A DNA stretch of 64,000 nt from Podarcis vaucheri (taxonomy: Eukaryota): assembly GCA_965113315.1 (NCBI GenBank), contig OZ220373.1, one strand, 5' to 3'. The position numbers were made by a program, and so were the translations under genes. Below are positions 53,361 through 64,000 of the stretch, in pieces (positions within the stretch are counted from its first letter, which is position 1; every line of letters begins with the position of its first letter). The notes beneath the pieces were generated by a model. That model saw only the letters and a program-made list of their open reading frames with translations. It searched no databases and was not told the DNA's origin.

Positions 53361-56300
53361 TTAGACATAATTTAGAAGTATTACTGCAAATAGCCTATGC
53401 ATACCTTGAATGTTAGGGGATATGTTGTAGGTTTCATAGAATAGCAATTTTAAACGTCCACTGAAGCATTTTGATTCACATAGCAAGCTGGCTGTTGCCT
53501 TTATTCCTGTTGTTCAGTGCCACTACATTCCAACAGTTGTTTGAAAATTCAGGGAGCCTGGTAATACTAGGCTTATGATAAGGCTAGAGGATACAGATTA
53601 GTCCTCTACATATTAAGTGTTACCATATGGTTAGCAGTTCTGTTAAAGTGTCCACTTACACATTAAATGTTTAATATGTCAAAAATGTGTGTTCACTAAC
53701 ACATGCATGATATGGTCACACATAACAGGGATCTGAGGTTCATTGCAGTAGTGTAAAGCAGACATTTGCCCTCATGCAGCTCTAAAACGATCTTCAGTCT
53801 GATAATAACAGGTAGTAAGGCAGACATAACATACAGCTGCATAGAGCACGCCTCAACTAATGACTCAGTCCAGTAAAACTTGTTTTGTGTAAAATAAAAA
53901 GATGGACTTATTCTAAAACAAATCCACTCCTTCATAAAGACTCCACACTGACTGCTGAACACATATGCAAAGATACCGTGAGCATGCAGTGGGCCTCTTC
54001 ACCTAATAGGATACGTATGGTTTAGGTCTGGTCAGTAGCACGCTTGAAAGCAAACATCATGTGGGCTGCTGTCAGACTCATGCAGTGAGTATACCATTGC
54101 ATGAACCAGAGTCTTCACATGAAGGCTGTCCACACAGCTGCTATGATATGTGATTGTGGTGCATCCAAAAGGGCTGCCATGATTATGCAAATAAAGGAGG
54201 CATATAGACAGCCTTCATATCAAGGCACCAGTCCACACAATTGGTGCTTTTTTTTGAGCTCTGCTGAGCTTTAACGGAACAGCACTCTCTGCTTGTGTTG
54301 AGGCTGTCAGTGTGAATCAAGAATTTACCTGGCACTCAGGCCCACTGATCTTATTAGGCTTACTTCTGAGTAGACATATTTTACTGTTCATTGCTTAACA
54401 AGGGAGAATATCTGTACCTACTGGTGTTGTTTTCTTACCACTTCAGTACTCTGATAGGCAAACTGGCATCTGACACACTTCTCCTTTCTATGTGAATGTT
54501 AAAAGCACAGAGTATTGTGAATTGAAAGTATTGTGAATCTGTCAAGCCTCATTGCAGCAGCTGGTTTTAAAGCTGTTCTGTTTTCAAACACAGTATTTAT
54601 TTTTTGTAAGCATCTTATAGCTTAATAAATCCACATGGATCATTTATTCTTAGAATTGAATTAAACGACAACTGGTGTCCCAAGTTCATGTTAGGTACAT
54701 TTAAACAAGATAATATCTTATTTGCAAAGTCCACTAATCAAATGAAATTATGCAAAGCACCAGAGAAACAGCCAAAACAACCACCTGAGCATTAACCAAC
54801 AATTCCTTGATACATGCACACAGCAGGGTTTGGGACAGGGGTGGGGACGGGGACAGGACAAACAGCATGATGTATAAAAGGGACATTAGAAAAGATGATG
54901 CCATGGAATCATACATTGTGCTGTAGCGTCAAAGGGGAATTCATTTAAAGATAAATGCAATGATTAATACTAAGGTCATAAGTAATTGACAGATCAAGGA
55001 CAGACCTGAGACACCATATAAATACATACATTTGAAAGGAAAATGCACCTCTTTTATTCCAAGCAAGGATTGAAATTTAAGAGGAGGATTTTCATTGAAA
55101 ATAAGGCCATTGTGAATAACAAGGCTACTCAGGGAATATATTGTTTTCTGCAGTTAAAAAGGGCAAGTCTGCAGCCCTACATAATTGAGATGTATGTGGG
55201 AGAATGTTATGGGTATGTTCACATCTAGGCTAATTCTAGATCAACATCAAAACCTCAATTTCTGTAGTGCTTTTACACAGTTTTATACCAATCTTTCCAC
55301 TCCTCTTTTGCCTCCTCTTCTTTTTCCTGGCATGCACACCATACAGGGCAAAATATTGTGTTAATCCCATGTCACTTTGCTTTGTTTTCCCACACGGTTA
55401 TCAGATTCAACCTGTGCCTTAAAATTCTACAATGAAGCTAAACATGAGATGGATGTAGCTTCTATTTCTTGCCACATTTACGGATGGATGGATGACAGGC
55501 CTGGGGGAAGTAGAGACAAGAGTAGCCATGGCCATCTTGTCCCTTGAAGCACTGGATCTTTTAAAAATACCAGGTAACATGGTTTTTTACAGGGGATTCT
55601 TCTCTGTTTGGCTTTCCCCCTTTCATTTCCACACAAATAGCAGTATCCCCATTTTGCAACTCCAATAATCCACATAATAGCCATGCATGTTTCTACCACT
55701 AACAGCAGCAAGTAAACACCAGCCAAAAATACCAAGCAGAAAATTGTGTGAATGGTAGAGGGAGAGTGAAACAGCTGCCTCAGGAAGCAAATGCTGGGAG
55801 CCAGGCAGCAGCAAGACAGAGCTGTATGTGCCATTTGGCTGGCTCTGTGCCCTTCCAGCTAGCCTGCTGCCCTCAGATGCTGTGTCCCATTGCCAGTGTA
55901 GATGTAAAACTAGCAGATTAATCTGGTCAGTTTCTGTACACAAAATTGAGGTGGGTGAGGATGGTACCTTCTCCTTCAACTCAGGCAGCAAAATATCTTG
56001 GGCTGATCCTGACCCCACAGGTACACCAAAATCACAGATAATGTATAATCCACATTTATTTGAATGATCATTTCCTTTTATGTTGTGCTACTGTGGAAAA
56101 TTTTGTAACCCTAACAAACAATACTTTCATCTGAATTTCATAAGAGAAATTTAAACTTAAATTATTTTCTTTTTGACTATGTCTCAGCAGTCCAAGCAAA
56201 TATATTATCCTTAAGTTTTTATTGCACAGCAAATATTGATCTAGGTTTTCCACATAACGTGCATTAAATAGTCAAAACTATGAGGCTACAGGAATTTTCC

Positions 56301-56436
56301 ATACTTCACTGCAAAATACCAGGAAGGCATATATTTCAGTTTTAAGACCAAAACAACTTGAGTAGAAAGTAAGTTGTGGAACATGGATCATTTTGGCAAA
56401 AGCAGTTTAAAACAAAAACCAAAAGGGGAGTAAGTT

Positions 56437-56725
56437 AGTGGTCTAGGGATAAGAAGGCAGGCCCTCTAATGGATCAGTAACTATTTGAAGAACCCAAGAT
56501 AGTAGGAATAATGGTCAGTTGTCACAATGAAAGGATGTAACAGTGAGGTTCCCAAGATCCTGCACTGGACTGGTGCTTTTAAATTTGTTCATACATTAAC
56601 TGCAGTTACAGGTGAGCAGTGAGGGGGCCAAGTCTGTTGTGACATCAAATTGTTCAGAGTGGTAAAACCAAAAACTGGATGAATGAGCATTAAAATGGCA
56701 AATGTGTTTCAATTTAAAGGGATGT
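56437..56725 (+). mobile_element. Degenerate CR1-clade LINE RT fragment
   Basis: Frameshifted remnants of GIRG..L.WI.N.L...VGING.FS.W.DV.SGVPQGS.LG.VLFNLFI..L...VSSEVAKFADD.KLFRVVK...KWQM.FN. Confidence 0.75.
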
Positions 56726-59700
56726 TAAATACTAAAATACAATTTAGCATTATGTTCACGAGCCTTGAACTCATGTGTTCCCTTCTCCCCTCTGGAGTGG
56801 CTGCGAGGAGATCTGAAGTTTTCACTTCCATTTTTAATTAGCAGCTGCTTAGCAAACTTCAAACTCTGCTTAATATTAACTATGTTTTATTGAATTCAAG
56901 CTGGGGCTGCAAAGGAAGATATGAAGAATTGGGAGTGCACTCCCACTTCTTCCTTTGATGTTGAATCACCTGACATCAGATGATTGGCAGATAGGCAGTC
57001 CCACACATCTGGCTCTAAACCACAAGCCAAATACAGTTCCCCATCCCTGCACTAAACAATAGTTTAGCATTATGTCCAGAAGCAGCCAATATGTACAAAA
57101 TCTATACACCCCAATTACACAGTACTGCTTTTTTAGCTGGAGTGGAAGGGAGGATAACTTCATTGTTGCACCAAACAAATTTATACTGATGCAGTGAATA
57201 TTGACCCTCTGCTTATTAGAGTGATCTTTGGTGGTCTCTGCTAATGAACATTGCTGGAAAAGGCAGACAATGGTTATCTAGTCTACGATTTTATGGATAG
57301 TGATCATTGCTACGGGTCAAGTACACCAATAGTGCAATCATAAAGTTAATAACCTCTGCCTTAAGAGCTTTACATGAGAGTGTCTCAGAAGAACATTGCT
57401 TCTTTTAACACACAGCCTTTTGAGATACATTATTTATAATTTATAGCCAATCTGAAGCAGAAAGATTTTCCCATGCAAGTTATAGTAATCAATACAACTC
57501 TGTGCCTATTATAATCCAATGAGTCAAAGAAAGAGAAAAAGCTAGATAAAAGCTGCAGCTCTGCAAATGAATCAGTGGTTTACATTAGATGTGCAAAAAA
57601 TGTACTGTAAAAGCATATTGGAGAAATTGCTTTCAATACTGCAATTCCACAGCTGAATGTCAGACTGGAAATGAACTATATATATATTCAAGCTATAAGT
57701 GTGTTATTTTATTTCACATGTATCACAGTCCACCCTTATTTTTTCTAACTTAAAAAAATGGTTCACAGTAGCCTAATGCTTGTAGTTCAAAGTGAACTCA
57801 AAAAGTCTTTCAGATATGAGTTTTGTCAAACAGGGCTAACATGGAAATTAGCACATGCGGCTGAAAGCATTCATTGTATTAATTAGTAATCAATCCATTC
57901 ATTAATCACAGTTTTAAAATGAGAATTATTTAACTGAAGCTGTACTTGGTGAAAGGATGTTTTGTTCTGATGGTATTGTTGTACACAATCTGTTTGCAAC
58001 TCTTGAATCAAACAATGTGTTTAAATTGTGTTCTAAATGAAACATTCTTTATCAGTCAAAAGAAACTAATATTTTAATTGCATACTAGCAGCTGTGGGTT
58101 TCATTAAGAGCTTTGATGAAAAGTCTACAAGGTGAATGAAACTAGATGTACTTAATGAAGTTACCAATTTTCCTGCATTTTGAGTCTTCAGAGTATACAA
58201 AAACAAAAATAATCCGGAGACTCCTGATAAAGTCCTTAGGGTGGAGTCCATAATACAGTGGCATCACAACAGTCCAATTAACATTAAAGGAATGGTCCTA
58301 GAATGACAGCCACCTAAGTGGGGAGTCTCTTTCTACTTTCAGCAGAAGCAAAAATTCCACGCATGAGATTTGGGAAGAAAGACAGATATTATAGAATAAC
58401 ATTAATTATTTCAAAACAATGTGCTGTGATCTCCATCATACAGAAAAACACTGAGTTATGCTACTTGAGCTGTGTTGTTTGAGTATGCCACACTGCAAGA
58501 CAACTGGGCAACATTTGTCTCCTTTTTGTATCTGCTTGTGATAGTTGTTACTAGAATCTAAAGACTAATCCTATTCCTTTCAGGTGAAGTGGCATAACAA
58601 GGGGCATATAACATATGTGCACGTTGATTCTCAAAAGTAAGTCTCCTTGTTGTACAGAGATGTTTAAACGTTTTTACAACTAACATATCAAAACCATATA
58701 ATTACAGTCCCAGGTTTTGTTTACAATAAAAATCAAGATGTTGTAATGGAAAAGTTATCAGCTAAGAATTGGTGAACAGCAATTCTGTGTCATCATCTAT
58801 AAAATATGTAAGCTACAATGCCAAAACACCAATGAACAAACACCAAGGAAAAGTAGTTCTAAAAACAAGTAGCATCAGGGAGAAATAGTTCTGTTTAGCA
58901 TATAGTACTACCTCTACTGCCTCTATGCCTAATAATTGTTGGCCCATGGGGTTTTGTTGTTGCTCTGTTTAACAAGTCCTAGACATTTTGTATAAATAAG
59001 TTTTTGTGTCATGTTTTAGAGACAGGCTTGGTCTGAGGAACATGCTGCCATGGAAACAGAATAATGTCTGGAGGGGCCAAATGTGAAACATAGTTTAAAT
59101 TTCAGTCAGTATCAATCACGGATATTATAAAGGAAATATGGCAACTTTGTTAGTAGGGCCCTTTCCTTTGGCAGGTGCTGAGTCCCAGCAGATAAATGGT
59201 AGAATAATTCACTGTAGACTGGGACAGCCAGTGTTTTCTACAGGAGGCAGAGTCCAAGTATTAACTTTGATCTGAGGCCCTTGCTCAAAAAAAAAAAACC
59301 CAGTTCCTGATGTTCACCTATCTTGTTCAATATTCTGTATAACAGAATTGAAGAATCCTTTTTAGCCCAGTGGCCACATTCCCTTATATGAAACTTTCCA
59401 GCGGCTGCAAACCTACTTATTTTTAAATACAGAGTTTGTGAAAAGCTTTTAATTTTTTTAAAAATCAACCATATAAGATGACTAGATCACACCTTTATAG
59501 AGGGTTATGGACACACAACAAATTGGATGCTGCCTGTATAATACTGTTTTTAAAAATGGGGTGGTGGAGTGAAATGCCATGCTAATTTAAAGGATAAACC
59601 TTCTGCAGAAAGATGCAAACCATCTAGAAAGTGTGGTTATGTACTGGAAGAAAAAGTAGCAGGTTGAACTGAAGCCAATAGTAGTAGTCTAAACCAGCAG

Positions 59701-61118
59701 CATTAGCAAATGTGAACACAAGAGCTTGAAGTTTAGTGTTTGTAAAGGACTGTATGAGTTAATGCAAAAACTGACATTTCTACAGCATAGAGCCAATAAA
59801 GATGGATCAATAATGTAAACATGCAATAATATAAGATAATTTTAAACATTATAACGATAATGTGCTAAATTAGGAGCATTTGGTTTTCTAATTAACATTT
59901 TCAAATGTCTGAAACAACCCTACGCCTAATAGCAGGATCAAAGAGTTCCCATTTATCTTTGGAAAGCATTCTACATTAGGGTTTTTTTTTGCTGCTGTTA
60001 CCAAAATGACTAAGATGCTTTGCACTGATAACTCTTAGTGATATGATAGTGACTATTTTTGGTAGTCCACTGAGTGTTTGATAACTGAACATTAAAAATA
60101 GGATATGCCATATGTTCTGGTTTAGTTGTTACTCAGCCTACATTTAATAAAAATACTCTGAAAATTATACTTTTTCTTAATGTGGATCATTATTTGCCAT
60201 ATATCAACATGTTTCAAAATAGGCACCAACTACCTCTGTAAATCTACATCCTCCCAGTAAACCTTGATGCATGTTTCTAAATAATATGCATTGAAAATGG
60301 TAATTTTGATCACCATGATGGTAAAATTGTAGCTTTGCAGTCTGTATTTCAGATAGACTAGATCTTTAGTGAAACTGGTATCACTGCAATGGTTGAAACT
60401 ACCTGGAACTTGGTGCATTACACATTTTATTCCCAGAGACAGTCTAGGGTTTGGGGTGCCTTGGGCAATCTGGAGAGCTCCCTTTTCTGTTGGTGGGTCA
60501 TGGCAGCTTACATGGCTGGAGCAATGAAAGCAGCAGCATTACAATTTCTCTTAATGCCCCAGAACACTACTACTTCAGGGGCATTGTGGGAAATTCAAAT
60601 TGCAAAGGAAAGGGGATCTAAGGCAGATGTTAATAGTGGGGCTTAAAGGCATGCTTGGGCCCTGGCAGCTGTCCAAGGGTGTCAGGTGCCAACACTGATC
60701 CTGGGTAGATGTGTGACTATTCAAACTATTCAAGAATCATCCCTCTGTAAAAGCAAGAGAAAACTCATATAGGTTCAGGAGTCTTAAGAATCTTAAATAT
60801 AAAGGGACTCTTAATTCTAAAAAAAAAAATATTCAAGGAAATGTTTAAATAGAAGATACTGAAATCACCTCAAAGTTCAGTGTGTTTCAGATGCAACAAT
60901 TAACTTAGTTTGCAGTAGTGACTGTACAATTTACACTGGCTAGAATATATATTTGATTTCTCTGCTAAATTATAACCTGTATTAACAGTATTAACAAATA
61001 TCAGAAATAGCATAAGAGGATCAAATAGGTATTTTTAAAAAATGTTATTTATGAAAGTTTTATTCTATGGCTTATGCTGTTTGTAAATTGTAAGAATGCT
61101 CTTCAGTGGCAGCAATTA

Positions 61119-62660
61119 CAGATAAAACTGGAAAAATTAGAATATCATGGAAAAGTTCATTTATTTCAGTAATTCAATTTAAAAGGTGAAACTAATATAT
61201 GAGATAGACTCATGACATGCAAAGCGAGATATGTCAAGCCTTTATTTGTTATAATTGTGATGATTATGGCATACAGGTGATGAAAATCCCAAATTAACAA
61301 TCTCAGAAAATTAGAATATTGTGAAAAGGTGCAGTAGTTATTCAATCCATAACACCTGCAATGAGTTCCTGAGCCTTTAAATGGTCTCTCAGTCTGGTTC
61401 AGTAGGAAGCACAATCATGGGGAAGGCTGCTGACCTGACAGTTGTGCAGAAAGCCGTCACTGAGACCCTCCATAAGGAGGGAAAGCCTCAAAAGGTAATT
61501 GCAGAAGAAGTTGGATGTTCCCAAAGTGCTGTATTGAAGCATATTAATGGAAAGTTATGCAGAAGGGAAAAGTGTGGAAGAAAAAGGTGCACAAGCAGCA
61601 GGGAGGACCGCTGCCTGGAGAGGATTATCAGGAAAAGACCATTAAAACGTGTTGGAGACTTCCACAAGGAGTGGACTGAGGCTGGAGTTAGTGCACCAAG
61701 AGCCACCACACACAGACGGATCCTGGAGATGGGTTTCAAATGTCATATTCCTCTTGTCAAGCCGCTCCTGAACAAGAAACAACGTCAGAAGCGTCTTACC
61801 TGGGCTAAAGAAAAAAAGAACTGGTCTGTTGCTCTGTGGTCCGATTCCTCTTTTCTGATGAGAGCAACTTTTGCATCTCATTTGGAAACCAAGGACCCAG
61901 AGTCTGGAGGAAGAATGGGGAGGCACACAATGCCAGATGCTTGAAGTCCAGTGTGAAGTTTCCACAGTCTGTGTTGATTTGGGGAGCCATGTCATCAGCT
62001 GGTGTTGGTCCACTGTGCTTCATTAAGTCCAGGGTCAACGCAGCCGTCTACCAGGAGATTTTGGAGCACTTCATGCTTCCTTCCGCAGATGAGATTTATG
62101 GGGATGCTGACTTCATTTTCCAGCAGGACTTGGCACCTACCCAGACTGCCAAAAGTACCAAAACCTGGTTCAATGCCCATGGGATTACTGTGCTTGATTG
62201 GCCAGCAAACTTGCCTGACTTGAACCCCATAGAGAATCTATGGGGCATTGCCAAGAGAAAGATGAGAGACATGAGACCGAGCAATGCAGAAGAGCTGAAG
62301 GCTGCTATTGAAGCATCCTGTTATTCCATAACACCTCAGCAGTGCCACAGGCTGATAGCATCCATGCCACGCCGCATTGAGGCAGTAATTGATGCAAAAG
62401 GGGCCCAAACCAAGTACTGAGTACATATGCATGCTTCTACTTTTCAGAGGTCCACTGTTGCTTTATTTGCAATCCTTGTTTTGCTGATTTCATTTAGTAT
62501 TTTAATTTTCTGAGATTGTTAATTTGGGGTTTTCATCAGCTGTACACCATAATCATCACAATTATAACAAATAAAGGCTTGACATATTTTGCTTTGCATG
62601 TCATGAGTCTATCCCATATATTAGTTTCACCTTTTAAGGTGAATTATTGAATTTCACCTG
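61119..62660 (+). mobile_element. Tc1-family (DD34E) DNA transposon, IR/DR type, ~1.54 kb
   Basis: TA (61117-61118) | CAGATAAAACTGGAAAAATTAG ... TTTCACCTG | TA (62661-62662). TIRs are ~200 bp on the left and ~165 bp on the right. Left 61181-61312 versus the reverse complement of the right TIR shows 7 mismatches in 132 nt. The direct repeat AAAATTAGAATAT occurs at both ends of the left TIR. Confidence 0.95.
61417..62420 (+). pseudogene. Tc1 transposase with a single frameshift (~334 aa if repaired)
   Basis: MGKAADLTVVQK... HTH region with GRKR, then FSDES, FQQDLAP and PDLNPIENLW, with 34 residues between the second D and E. Split into ORFs 61381-61944 and 61836-62420 by an apparent 1-bp deletion near 61843. 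No internal stops otherwise. Confidence 0.93.
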
Positions 62661-63668
62661 TACTGAGAATTACTGAGTTTCGCCTGTACTGTAAGGTTTA
62701 CACAGTCTATTTCTTTTTAGAGTACATAGTACACCTGCAATATAACAGGGCTGTAATTTTCATGCTACTGGTCTCAGGAGTCAAAAGTGCTTCTTTAGAG
62801 CAGTAAAACAGAAAATGTGGCCTATAAATAACTTATATTTGAGTTTAGTTATTATGGTAAATAAGATTATTATACTCATAAACAAATCTGCTTGTTACCT
62901 ATGACATTTTTATTTTGTCATATAATTATTTCATGTACATCTCTTCACAGATGTATAAACTATATTTTCAGGAAAATTGCCACAAACCGTTGTTAATACG
63001 CTGAAAAGTGGTATATTTGTGTATTAGGTACTATAATAATAGATATGAAACATATTTGTATTCATAGATAGCTGCCAAATACCATTTTGTTACAGTACAA
63101 ACAGGTTGATATTGTTAAAATGAAATAGCTCATGACTTACCGGTATCTGTTTTTCAAATTCAAAGATGTTTGTATCTAAACAGCTACTTGGGATAGCGTT
63201 TTGTAAGGGGCTTGTGTTAGCTGAATGAAATTGTAAAGTTTTTTTCCTTTGACACCTGACACCCCCTTCATATCCTATCACAAGCTGCTTTTGATTCTTC
63301 CCTCAGTTTCAAAAGCGGTTTGCCAGAAAACATGAGAAAATGCTGTCCAAGGAACACAAATCTAATGTCTCTCTGGGCTCATAGAACTAGTTTCATGGTT
63401 CTTGGATGCTTGTCACAGTTCAAAAAGTGTGAAGATGCCTACTTCAGTGTTAATGGACACACAGCTATGGATTTCAACAGCCTTCTATAAATTCAATTAA
63501 ATCAAGCTGCATTTCTATTTAACAAATCATTTCCATTGTTTTCTAGTTTCATATCTGTCCATCATGACTACTGTTATTCGGGTATTGGCAGTAAAGTAAA
63601 TCTAAAACCTACACAAGGATAGAGAAAGTTTATTGAAGGTAGTGTTGCTCTAAAATCCTAAGAAGGTA

Positions 63669-63966
63669 CAGTGGTGCCCCGCAAGACGAAAGCCTCGCAA
63701 GACGAAAAACTTGCTAGACGAAAGAGTTTTCCGTTTTTTGAGTCGTTCTGCAAGACGAATTTCCCTCTGGGCTTGCTTCGCAAGACGAAACATCTTGTGA
63801 GTTCTTGTGAGTTTGTTTCCTTTTTCTTAAAGCTGCTAAGCCGTTAATAGCCGCTAAGCCGCTAAGCCGTTAATAGCCGCTAATAGTCGTGCTTCGCAAG
63901 ACGAAAAAAACCGCAAGACGAAGAGACTTGCGGAACGGATTAATTTCGTCTTGCGAGGCACCACTG
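63669..63966. mobile_element. 298-bp non-autonomous Tc1/mariner-superfamily (Tigger/pogo-like) MITE
   Basis: TA duplications at 63667-63668 and 63967-63968. 23-bp TIRs CAGTGGTGCC[C/T]CGCAAGACGAAA with one mismatch. Internal GCAAGACGAA repeats. Confidence 0.92.
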
Positions 63967-64000
63967 TATAGAGTCCATTAAGTTAGAAATCTGAAGCGGG

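Noticed and set aside
63669-63966. CRISPR-like repeat-spacer appearance of the GCAAGACGAA units
   Set aside because: Units are 10 bp, irregularly spaced and enclosed by TIRs and TA duplications in vertebrate DNA; this is a MITE.

Overview
Vertebrate genomic DNA, most likely a squamate reptile (inferred from CR1 LINE relics, a MIR-like SINE and lizard-type MITEs; the species cannot be determined). The window holds the complete three-exon coding region of NR2F1 (COUP-TFI) on the + strand: 3920-4349, 7055-7582 and 13181-13461, giving 412 aa. It also has the NR2F1 promoter, a long uORF-containing 5' leader and the 3'UTR. Facing it on the - strand is the last coding exon (44750-44892) and 3'UTR of FAM172A/ARB2A, which the ORF track misses. 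Bases 1 to ~45,400 form a CpG-rich, transposon-poor regulatory domain that ends sharply just inside the last FAM172A intron. The remaining ~18.5 kb is AT-rich and CpG-poor, with CR1 fragments, a near-intact frameshifted DD34E Tc1 transposon and a young Tigger-like MITE. Six short N-runs occur; the one in exon 2 preserves the exon length exactly, so at least that one looks like masking of conserved sequence rather than an ordinary gap. I found no evidence of a new protein-coding system; the best leads are regulatory and structural. All comparisons with human or other proteins are from memory, not from a database search.
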